Assembly (NCBI GenBank): GCA_002633005.1
Contig: NMRA01000384.1
Location: 366,845-430,844, forward strand
Source: Phoronis australis
Lineage: Eukaryota > Animalia > Phoronida
Reading direction: 5' to 3'
DNA: 64,000 nucleotides
Positions 12,601 to 24,600 of the stretch are shown here, one piece after another. The notes under the pieces are model-generated. The model ran no database searches, had not been told where the DNA came from, and saw only the letters and a list, made by a program, of their open reading frames with translations. The position numbers and the translations under genes were made by a program. The stretch's first letter is position 1. Every line of letters starts with the position of its first letter.

Positions 12601-15600
12601 CCATTTTTAAATTTGCAGCTACCTGTTCACCTATCTGGTGTTGCCCAACTGTTCATTGATTCGGCATTACTGTTTCTGTTTCTGTTTCTGTGGTGACGTC
12701 AGAGGGTAGGCACCGGAATAGTCAATGACTCTCCTCCTTCCAGTATCGGACAAAATGTAAATTTGGAGATGCAACCAAGTTTGTGCTGGTTACACAGAGG
12801 CTGAAAACTGTTCAATCATGGGTTATCGGAGCTAGGGAGCNNNNNNNNNNNNNNNNNNNNNNNNNNNNNNNNNNNNNNNNNNNNNNNNNNNNNNNNNNNN
12901 NNNNNNNNNNNNNNNNNNNNNNNNNNNNNNNNNNNNNNNNNNNNNNNNNNNNNNNNNNNNNNNNNNNNNNNNNNNNNNNNNNNNNNNNNNNNNNNNNNNN
13001 NNNNNNNNNNNNNNNNNNNNNNNNNNNNNNNNNNNNNNNNNNNNNNNNNNNNNNNNNNNNNNNNNNNNNNNNNNNNNNNNNNNNNNNNNNNNNNNNNNNN
13101 NNNNNNNNNNNNNNNNNNNNNNNNNNNNNNNNNNNNNNNNNNNNNNNNNNNNNNNNNNNNNNNNNNNNNNNNNNNNNNNNNNNNNNNNNNNNNNNNNNNN
13201 NNNNNNNNNNNNNNNNNATTAGCGGGCTAAAAACTGGTCATGTGAAAGATTCCTGGATCCCTCTGTTCAGCTCTACTAATGGTCTCTTCACCAGTGTTTA
13301 TATACCAGGACACTGTGGCATCTCATTCAACGTCAAGGCGGATGAGCTTGCAGGCATCGTAGAACCGATTGCCATCCTGCTCCTTACACCAGCAGATGTA
13401 ATCTCTAGAGTGCATGAATCGCTTACAGATGCCGAGATTGTACAACAGTAGACATTACTAGTTTTAAAATTTCCCAACTACATACAAATTTGCGATCAAA
13501 ATGGCATGTGTCGAGACTAGACACCTGCTTTCGAGTGTAATAAAAGCATCCCTTCATCAGGAACGAAGAGAAAGAGTTCTTAAACAAAGCAAAGGAGAGG
13601 GATGTGGGAATAGAAAAAATGAAAGATGTGGGAGAGGAAATGGGAATGCAGAGGAACCGAGGAGAATTTTTCCAATGTGATCAAACCAAAGGGTTCAACA
13701 AAGTCCTTCTAAGTCTTGACAGGTTGGGCATAAGACGCATTACTGAAATTTTGACAGACCACAGTAACCTAGCCCGACGCAGACACATCACTGGGCATAT
13801 GGGGAGCCCAGTTTGTCCCGAGTGTGGTAATGACGTTGAAATCCCTAAACACTTGGTAGAGTGGCACTGTTACATGCTTACAACATATTGTACATGGCAA
13901 CAAACGGAAGAGAGGTAGACTTCAAAACTTCCTTTACGAAGAACCTCTTGATAGATAACCTGGCTTTCAGGTGTTTTATGCTGCAATGGGTCCAACCTGG
14001 ACCTGCGCACGTCTGATGCACCGCAAGTGACATCAGACCACCTACACTTTTCAAAATGGGAATAGTTAGAAGTAGAGGCTCACGTAATTTTGAACAGGTT
14101 AGTGTAAGAAGGACTTAGCACCACTTGACTTCATACCCGTTGAAGGACTGCATATATTAGGATCAAAAGTTAGTGTTAATGCAGGCAGTGAATATATAGT
14201 TTCCCAATTTGCCTAGAGATGGCGTTCTCAATCACCTAGTGCCTCAGTTATATTTTAGGGCGTTGTCTCAGGGTTAAGTCATGATTTAAGCAACCCCCCT
14301 TTCGGACGTATTATTTCCATTGGTTGTGTAAGTTGAGATACTGTCTGGGTCAATCAGCTTTCAGTATGTTTTCGCGGAGTATTTAAACGTCCGAACAAGC
14401 ACCAGTTGCCTTATTCTCTCCTGGATTGTCATATGTATCGTGTGTTGATTACCAGACTGTTTTTGAGGCAAACGCTGTAAGTATACATTTGGTTATCGTT
14501 CAACGTTAGATACCAATTTTTTGAATAGCTGTGCATTTGTAGTTTGTGTTTTGTCAGCTGTAGACTAGACTTGTCTATAGACCTAGACATGCTGTTACGT
14601 TGCAACCATTGTGCTTTTTGGTAGTCAATTATTATGTTTACAGATTTCTTGTTGTATGCATATTTCTATTTTGTGAACTAGTTTTGCGGAGTGCTACAGT
14701 TGTCTATACGAGTTGTTCTGGCTTGGAACTTTAGGGGTTTATTCCGCCATGAGTTTGTATTTCCTCAAGTGCGGTTTCCGTTAGACATTAATTAAACATG
14801 ACGTAGAAGGTGTAACGATATCGTGGTGGTTGCTTAATGCTAATGGTAAAGTTTAGACTTAGTAACTTGGACTGTTTTTGTAAACGTTTCAGATAACCGA
14901 TACGAACACTGATGCAAAACGATGTATCAACGATAAACGATAACGTAATAAAGTATATCGAGTTGTAGACACCTCTTTCTCTATTGCATCAACGTTTGAG
15001 CAGCAATAGTTAGTGTCTTTAATAAAAATTTTGTTACCAGAATTCATAGTGTTAACTAGCTTCTGCACTTATGTCTAGCCAGTTGTTTGTCTGCTTATTG
15101 GTTTAAGGCATTTCTACACTATTTCCTAACTACCTCTAATTCTGAAGTCAGTTGTTTAGCTGCAGTTGCCCCACTTTCCCTTTCCACTTCCGCCTGTTTC
15201 ATTTGGGTCAGCCTCTCTTTCAGTTTCTGCACCTTTTTCTGTAGCTTGTTCACATAATCCTCCTGAGAAAATCATCAAAAATTAATTATTAACCTCGTGT
15301 TTGTCACACTGGTGAACATCATGCCAGACTTCTAGTCTCTACAGGGTTTCTTTTGTTTCGAAGCTATAGTCCGCAAAAAGACCAACTGATGATCTTCATA
15401 GTAGTCAAAATAAAATGAACAAATATTTGATCTCAACTTCAGTGCTTTTATCATCCATAAGTATAACTACCAAAACTCTTCACTAAACATATGCCACACA
15501 ATACGGCCAACAAGTGAAATTTCAATTTGTCAAAGTACCAGATCGTGATGCTCAGGCACACTGCACACAAAGGTCTCCTCTTCAGCTTTGTCAGTCTTCT

Positions 15601-18600
15601 TGAGGATACTTTTCATAGGTGTTACAGGCACTGCTGCCACCTATAGAAGAGAGAAATAGCTACGGCATCACAGTTGGTTGGCAAATCAACTTCACTGCTC
15701 GGTAACCCTTAAAAATGTGATTCACAGTGTCAAAGGATCTAGATGAATCTAGAAAATTAAGGGTACTGATTCAGAATCACAATATGATTTGAGCTCTAAA
15801 CACAAGCCTGAGTTTATGAGCTACAAGTGGTAATCTGATTTTTGAGCATGTTGTCAAATAATTTAAATTTGTAATGTCCTCCTATTAAGAAGCACACTTA
15901 GCTTCAACATTTTGACCAAACAAACTGCAGTTCAGGAGCCTGTTTTCCAAAACGTCACAAAATTGTGAAAGACCTCACAAATTGTTTCGAAAATCAACAT
16001 TAAGTGAATGTTTCGCTAAAAGTTTAAACCTGCTTTAGACCTCAAAAAACACAGCACTCATTAGCTACCACAGGTTTTAAGGCTTACGCACTTCAGGGAA
16101 CAGGTTGCAAGTCTTATAGTGAACATGCCCATGTTTAATACAACATTTCATTTGTTTTATTCAGAATCAACAATATACCTGACTGGCTCCTGGTCCTTGG
16201 CCCGCTGGAACCAGCAACGCCTGTGTGCCATCGCCAACTGTCTGCACTGCTGAACCGACATTTTGTTGATCAATTGGTACATACAGTTGGCCTGGTGTCA
16301 GACCAGTCTGAGCTCCCGGGGCAGGCGCCATCACTGCAGTTGGGGCTGTCTGACTAACTGGTACATATAGTTGCCCTGGAGTCAGGACAGACTGAGCTCC
16401 GGGGGTAGATGACATAAATCCTGTTGGCACTGTCTGAGCAACTGCAGCCAGTGGAACAGTCGGCTGACCGTTGAGTGGAGCAGCCATTGTTGTTTGAACT
16501 ATGGCACCACTTGATGTCAGCATAGGCACACCGCCAACAGGTGGCACAGTAGTGGCACTGACAACCGGGGTCATTATAGGCAGAGGTACACTACCAACAC
16601 CAGATGTCGTTAGTGGTATACCACCACCAAAAGCAGTGTTCCCCGGTTGCTGTCCTACAGAGGTGCCCGGGAACTGACTGTGAGCAGGAACATGGCCATG
16701 AGTAGGACCCGGTCCAGCAGCGAGGGTTTGGCTGAGGTGAGCTGGATAGCCCTGACTAGACTGTTGGGGATGGTAAGGCTGCCCTGAGTCAGAGGGGTGA
16801 GTAAAGCCCGGCTGAAGAAGAGTAAAGTATAAAACCTAATACAATTCATGTAATTAGCAACTCAATGGACATAATTGTTATGTTTCTGTGACATAATTGT
16901 GCAGCACAGCATCAAAACTGAACAGGGATTTGAGGACCTAGAACGGGTAGAGCTTAGAGTATTTGGGGAGTAAGTTTTTATGTTGCACAATCATGATGTG
17001 CAAAACACGACGTTCCATCTACACTCATGGCCATAAAGTGAAGACAGAACTAATTGTGCTTAATTTTGCAAAGATCGTGCAAAACGTTTGGGAGATGGTG
17101 CAGATACAAAAAGAACTTGGGCAAAAATCACCACCTAAAGACCAACTCACATCATTCTGTATTTCTAGAGAGATGCTTGTTTTCAACCATCTACTGCAAC
17201 CCGTTTCAGACAATTTTAATCAAATTTTGGCAGAGTCTACATCTATTCGGTGAATTTCACTAACAATAGTTACTATAATATCGATACGAGTTGCATGATG
17301 ATGATGTCAGCCTACCAGTTGTCAGTGTGACTTGGTAATTACACAGGTGCATGGGGCATAAGAACCAACCAAATTTGCAACGTGGTTTATGAGACTTCAA
17401 GGAAAACGTTATGTCAGCAGATGACTGGTACTCGTGCGATTGCCCTGCTGAGAAAGTATTTACCTGGTCATAACCTGATCGTTCTTGGTCATAAATGTGC
17501 TCCAACTTCTCTGGATGGTGCCAACTGACCATCCGTTGACCTGGATGCGCCAGGGTCGGTTCAATGACGTGTCGCTGCCTATCTAGCTCGCGTCGAAGTC
17601 CATCAACTTCTTGTGTGAGAGCATCCACTTGATCTTCGTAGCCATCACCTGAAAGCATTAAGTGATAGTACCGAAAAGGAGAAACTATTGACAGGGCAAG
17701 TCATGTCGAATTCCCCACCAAAGTTCTGCGACAAAACCTTTCCAATTTCTGGCAGGTTACAGTAACATTACTGTTATATGGTAGTAAACTCAGAAAGCAT
17801 GATAACCACCACGGCATACATTGTGCAAAGCCCACGATAAAACTCTCACAAGTCATGATGATCGGTGCAGCACTGCCATAATGAAAAAAACAAAGTGACC
17901 ACATAAAGGCTTTCTATCATCATTTTTGATCAGCCACAATGATCTCTCCAAAAATACACACATTTGGCCCATTTTCAAAAATAGCTGAGAATTTCATCAA
18001 GATTTATTTCATAACTTCCTAAACTGCCTAAACTAAAAGAAATTAATTAGAAAAACTTGCATTTCCAAATGTTTTCTCTGAGTTGATGTTATATTCTCAT
18101 AAAATAAAATCTGCCAAATGTCATTTACATTTCACTGCCATCCGATTTATCATGTCAATCAAGGGATCACGCCCCACAAGATTCCTTCAACATTTATCCT
18201 GCCAATCAACAGATTTGATCTCAATATCTCCACCCACTTGAATTATATTACCTGCTGGTGCTTTACTGATCTTGTCAATCAAGTGATTCAGTCTCATAAT
18301 CTCCGCCTTCTGAGCTTCCAGCAAGTCATTGAGTTGGTCAATCTCTGCTTGCTGGGATGCTGTAAATATTGCAGTGCCCATTGTAAGTTGATTGTTAAAA
18401 AGCAAAAAAAGAACAAATTGTAGACCCATAATCATCATTTTAACAAATCTGCACTTTCTGACATTTTTATCATCACGATAGAATTTAAAATTTACTTTGG
18501 TGCACTTTAGTATTACTTTACTTCAAAATACAAATAACAAGTTTAAGAAACAATTATTTGTACTGAATGTTCGTCGCTGGTTGCATTTTACCACCTTGTC

Positions 18601-21600
18601 AATATTTAAGAAATATATGACAGTCAAATCACCACTGACAGAACATGAGATACACCAAAAAGTACCAAATATTTCCCAAAGTCGGTAACACCAACTTTGG
18701 AAAACAAACCAACTGGACAGCCAGCTAATTCCGCAAAAGCCTTATCCAAAAATTGAAATCAGCTTGGATTGCTACGAGAGAAAATTTAAAACGTTTGACA
18801 ATAAACCGGAAATTATAGTTGAAAACTTGTGTGCTTCAATATTTGCTAATAACTGACTAGGGTAGCTTCCATCATCTAGCAACACACCAATAGCATGACC
18901 TGACCGGTCAGACTTCCTCATCGTGTCCTCAAGATGGCGCTGCTTTTCATCAAGTTCTTCCTGCAGACGTTCAATTTCATCTTCAGCCCGCTGAAGATCA
19001 GACGCCATGCGCTCAAGTCTGGGGTCAGGCTGGAAATATTCAAAGTAAGCTACAAACATGACATGTACAAAAATGGTAAAACAATTTCTGTGCATGAGGT
19101 CAGTTGAAAATAAAACCCTCCATCCTTCCTTCCTCTCCTGTTCAATCCTCATACAAATCAACAATTTCTGTATTAAAGACCAGCTGAAAATAAATCACAA
19201 GTGAGCATGGTTGAACTATAACGCTATCCATTGAGGCTCAACTGAATATACGCCCAGTAAACGTACAAGTCAAGTCAATGGAAAAATTTTTAAGGATACT
19301 CAAAGTTTAGATAATGTGTGTGGTTGAACCCTGCAGCCTGTCCAGAAATGAACTCTATGTCATCAGTTGACATGTCATGTGGTTTGCAATATCTGTCTAA
19401 AATTCTTTCACACTGTTCAGACGTGCAAAACATTGATAGTTCTTTATTCTCAGAGGAAGCCATTTATTTCTGTCACCAAAAAATGGCGTACAGCAGCAAC
19501 CCCTGTAATGAGAAGCCCAACAGCATCATTCCAAACAGCTAAACAGTAGACAATAATACAGTACTTTTTGGGCCCTAAAGACAACCTCATTCAGTACGGC
19601 TCTTACCCTGTACTCGGGCAGACCGCCAGCCTGGGTTGGTCTGTTGGTCCAACCACGTCCATGTGAAGGGTCCTCGCCGCCAAAACCACCAGCCAACACA
19701 CCCCTTCCCATAGTTCCCTGTGACTTAGATTGTGTTCCAGTGTCAACGTGTCTTTGCGAAGGCAAACGCCTACTTCTGTCATTCGCGTTTTGGTGGGGGC
19801 CACCGTACGGACCCTTGCCAACTCTCACCGTATCCCCACCCCTGCCATCAAGGAGTTCTGTCTCTTGCTGACGTAAGGCATTTTCCAGGCGTGCAATATA
19901 GTCCTGGGCATCCTTCAACTGGAAATGAAAACATGATATGCAATTAAAACCCTAAACCCTTTAAGAACACCCGGTTATTTGCATAGCCTCAAATTATCCC
20001 TTGAAGATGGCTGCAGACTAGGAGGTCTCAAAAGTCATCCGCGACGTCATCATCAATCCTAAGTGTGTCTCCTCATNGTTTGAACCCTGCAGCTTGTCCA
20101 GAAATGAACTCTATGTCATCAGTTGACATGTCATGTGGTTTGCAATATTTGTCTAAAATTCTTTCACACTGTTCAGACGTGCAAAACATTGATAGTTCTT
20201 TATTCTCAGAGGAAGCCATTTATTTCTGTCACCAAAAAATGGTGTACAGCAGCAACCCCTGTAATGAGAAGCACAACAGCATCATTCCAAACAGCTAAAT
20301 AGTAGACAATAATACAGCACTTTTTGGGCCCTAAAGACAACCTCATTCAATACGGCTCTTACCCTGTACTCGGGCAGACCACCAGCCTGGGTTGGTCTGT
20401 TGGTCCAACCACGTCCATGTGAGTGGTCCTGATTGCCAAAACCACCAGCCAACACACCCCTTCCCATAGTTCCCTGTGACTTAGATTGTGTTCCAGTGTC
20501 AACGTGTCTCTGCGAAGGCAAACGCCTACTTCTGTCATCCGCGTTTTGGTGGGGGCCACCGTACGGACCCTTGCCAACTCTCACCGTATCCCCACCCCTG
20601 CCATCAAGGAGTTCTGTCTCTTGCTGACGTAAGGCATTTTCCAGGCGTGCAATATAGTCCTGGGCATCCTTCAACTGGAAATGAAAACATGATATGCAAT
20701 TAAAACCCTAAACCCTTTAAGAACACCCGGTTATTTGCATAGCCTCAAATTATCCCTTGAAGATGGCTGCAGACTAGGAGGTCTCAAAAGTCATCCGCGA
20801 CGTCATCATCAATCCTAAGTGTGTCTCCTCATGCACTCTTAACTTCATGTTTAAGGTAGTTATTACTAGTGTGTCCCAGTATATACAACGGCATACTCCA
20901 TTTTGAGTCACACGACTTGTGGTTTTGATTGATGTTCGCACATGCGCGCATGTGAAACATTTCTGGGAGATAATTTGAGGCTACAAAAGCACCCAAAGTG
21001 TTTCGGATGCACTAAACCTTGTTTCATACTAGCAGTGACTAATGCTGAGGGGACATAATCAACAAATGGTGGGAAGTAATTGGCACTTGAGACACGGCAA
21101 GAGGAATTTGTAACAGCAATGCTTTAATAGAATATTTATCTCTCAAGGAAGTAGTGAGCAGATAAGACCAACCAAGCATGCCGTAGACGCGATAACCTCG
21201 CGAAAATGCAAAATAATGCAAGACTTTGCGAGATATCGTCATATATTATGAGCAAAACTCATATTGCTTGCTATCAAGCTGCTTTGAAATTCACACAGGA
21301 TTCTTGTTTTGGGTGTAATATCCAAAAATGGGTATGGGACTTTCTGAATGCAAGCCAACTCCTACATAAGCCATTAGCCTACAGTAAAAAAGTTCAAAAT
21401 ATGAAATCAATAAACTAGACGTGACTTTCTTTTTGAGATAGTCAAGAATGATTTTGCGGCTTCATATGGTTTTTGAACATACTAGATTTTGGAAGAAAAA
21501 AACAGAATCATATGGTAAACAGTAACACGAAGGGTGTCAAAGAACGGTTTCATGCAATTAATTCCAGTTTGAAACTTGACTGTACTAATCGTTTTAACAG

Positions 21601-24600
21601 GAATCACTGCAATACATGTTATACGTACAGACATTGAGAAATGTAAGCATCAATGACTACGACATGTGTTAGAAGGTGCACCACGTGAAAAAAGTGAGCG
21701 ACTAAAATGTGACCGAAAAAACTAATTCTTTGGAATATTGCGACGACTGCTTAGTACTACTGACTGAAGTACATGTGGCCTAAATATATTGCAAGTGAGT
21801 GTGAAAAGTGATTGCGAAAAGTTTTAAATGCTAGTTGACGGACAATGACTATAGCCATTATTCATTCGCGTTCATGGTGCCGTAAAGAGTTTCAATAAAA
21901 TTATACATTTTCAAACCATCAAATTTCCTTCTGCTTAGCCCAGCAGAAGGAGCAAACTGAATGTGCAAATGAAAAGAAAGTAAAAATGCCGGCTGTTGCA
22001 CCATGCTCAAATGAACATAAAGGTAAACGTTGTTTTAGTTAATAAATAATTTTGGGTGTGCTAAAAAATTAGAATGTGCTAAATTGTAGAGTGGTTACCA
22101 TATTAAAAGAATGATCATTGTTTGATTTAAAGTACATGTAACTTACTGGAGGTACTGATTCAGAATGAAATTCATCAGTTTGCTGAAAAAGGATGTCATT
22201 CATTCATTCAATTATGTCACACCAAGTCAATCGAAAAACCAGCTGTCTCCAAAGTGCAGTTGTTTGTTTTTAAAATAAATCAGGACTGCAACAGAACTCT
22301 CAGACTTTGCTAAACTTGAGCAAACTTCTTGCCAGAGTTCTTCGGCAGTTCAGTTGAGCTTTTACTGCCATAAAACGGCATTTTTGTACAACTTTAGTAA
22401 TTAGACACACTTGCATCTAGCTGCTAATTGTGAATACACTTGCAAGGTTGTCCCAATTTCAATAGTATGGAGCGACACCTGTTGGGATTTTGTCTAGATT
22501 TAGACGGGATAAAACATATTCTAGTTGGAAAGAATGTAAGGTTACAATTTGGTACAGCAAAATTTCGTCAAATTTTGGCATTGTCCAATGTATGAAAATT
22601 CAAGGCAAAAACTGAAAGGCAACACAAAATGGAAACAGTTAACTATTTCCAACTTGTCAAATGTGACATAAATAAGAGCTTTCATACCTTTTGATTGGCT
22701 GCTTCATCAGCCAATCGCATTTGCTGTTGAATATTTGCCAGCTCAGCATGGAGCTGGTCATAAACAGCCTGGTCACTTGTATTCAACGACCCTAGCGAAT
22801 CCTGGTGGTCTAAACTGGAAACATCGCCTCGTGGAGTTGGTTGTAAGAACTGATTAGGCAACAGGTTGTGATCTCCGCGTAGACGGTTGCCCTTGGTAAC
22901 TCGTGTTGAACTTTCCTTCAGAGTAAAAAATTGACACTGGCGTAATGAATCTCGAAGCAATATTTCACGCAATGAAACATCATGTTGGTTTCAAGACGCC
23001 TCAGTTTTCTTAAAAAAGTATTTAATAAATTTTTTACACTTTTAGTCTAAATCTTAAAGCAATTAGTGACTAATTAAATGACCCATAAAACTTATTTTAA
23101 CTAGGTCATTCCATAATATTGATTCCCCACCAGATCTCAATTGTTTAATTCATGCCAAAACAGCACTTTTTGAACAAAATTAAGTGCACTCGCTCATCTC
23201 CATGTGATTCTGGTTAATAGTTCATATCACCATTTTCCACAAAAACAAACAAGAGCAACGCAGAGCGTTGAAATGCGCCCACAAATGCACCGTATACGGT
23301 ATCCTTCTAGGGTTGTTTATTGGTATCATAAAGTGGCCAGTAGAGGGCATATATGTAGTATGTTGTACTTTGCAAAACGGAAAGGCATGGTCATTGTCTC
23401 CTCAATAGGCTAGGTTTGAAAATGTGAGTGATCTTCATAATACAAGCACATCCTATGCATCAGTTGCTTAAAGCACCACAGAAACATAGAATTAAAAACA
23501 AATTTACCAACATACGAGATTAGCATGGCATTAGAATGCCAGAAACAAATTTCTACTTGGAACTTTTCCTTCATAGTCACGAAGTAACACAAAGTATACA
23601 CCTGAAGACCTATGAAAATACAAAGGTCAATGTGAAATACTTAAATTGCCACTAGAGGCATACTGGTAGTCAGAATTATCCTAAAGTCGTCATCGTCCGT
23701 TGTCAACATCACAAAAATACACTTGCTAAATTTAGTAAAGATCCTGCAAACGGTTTGGGAGATACGGCCATGGGTGCAAAAAAAAACTGCCACTAGGAGG
23801 CGCCACAGTAATCAAAGTCATGGAAAATTCAGCGTCAACCGTCCTCTTCATAGTAAGAACATACATGCCAATTTTCACAATCATACTTATAGCGGTTTGG
23901 TTGATAGAGGGGTGGACGCCAAAAAACAGACTCAAAAACAGTAAAAATGGCCACTGGGTGTCGCAAACTAGGTCGAATCCATCCGAAAACAAGAGGATAG
24001 CGTCATCGCACTAACAGGTGCCTACATACCAAATTTCATGAAAATCCGTTAAGGACTTGTGAAGATACAGAGGTAAACGTAAAAAATAAAATTGCCACTA
24101 GGGGGCACACTGGTAGGCAGATCCGTCCAAAAGTCGTCATCATCTGTTGTTAACATCATATAATTACACTTATTAAATTTCGTAAAGGTCCTGCGAACGG
24201 TTTAGGAGATACAGCCATAGGCGCAAAAAAAACAAAACTGCCACTAGTAATCACTAATAATTTGACCAAGGAACAGTTTCACAGAAACATCATGATGGTA
24301 AGTGTCCTAAATCAATTTTCTTGTGATATAAGACAAGTCTATTGTTGTCACTTTAACAACATTAGTGCTAGACTAGAAACAAAATCTTTCCGAGACCCAG
24401 ACACTGCGCATTCGTCTTACCGAGCAGTAGCAAAGAAGACATCCTATACCTCCTATAAGACAATTTCAATGACAATCAACAGCACTTAACAGAGAGAACA
24501 CAGTACCATCATGACTCCACTATCACCATCTAACCTTGGGTGGTCCAGCGTGCCTCAGAGCCTGTCTCATGCTATCCACTTCTTTCCTGAGCCGCTCCAG

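Noticed and set aside
23602-23609. Possible 8-nt microexon (catag GTCTTCAG gtgtat) in CNTRL
   Set aside because: It lies inside a repeat array, needs a weaker downstream acceptor, and the gene already splices in frame without it.
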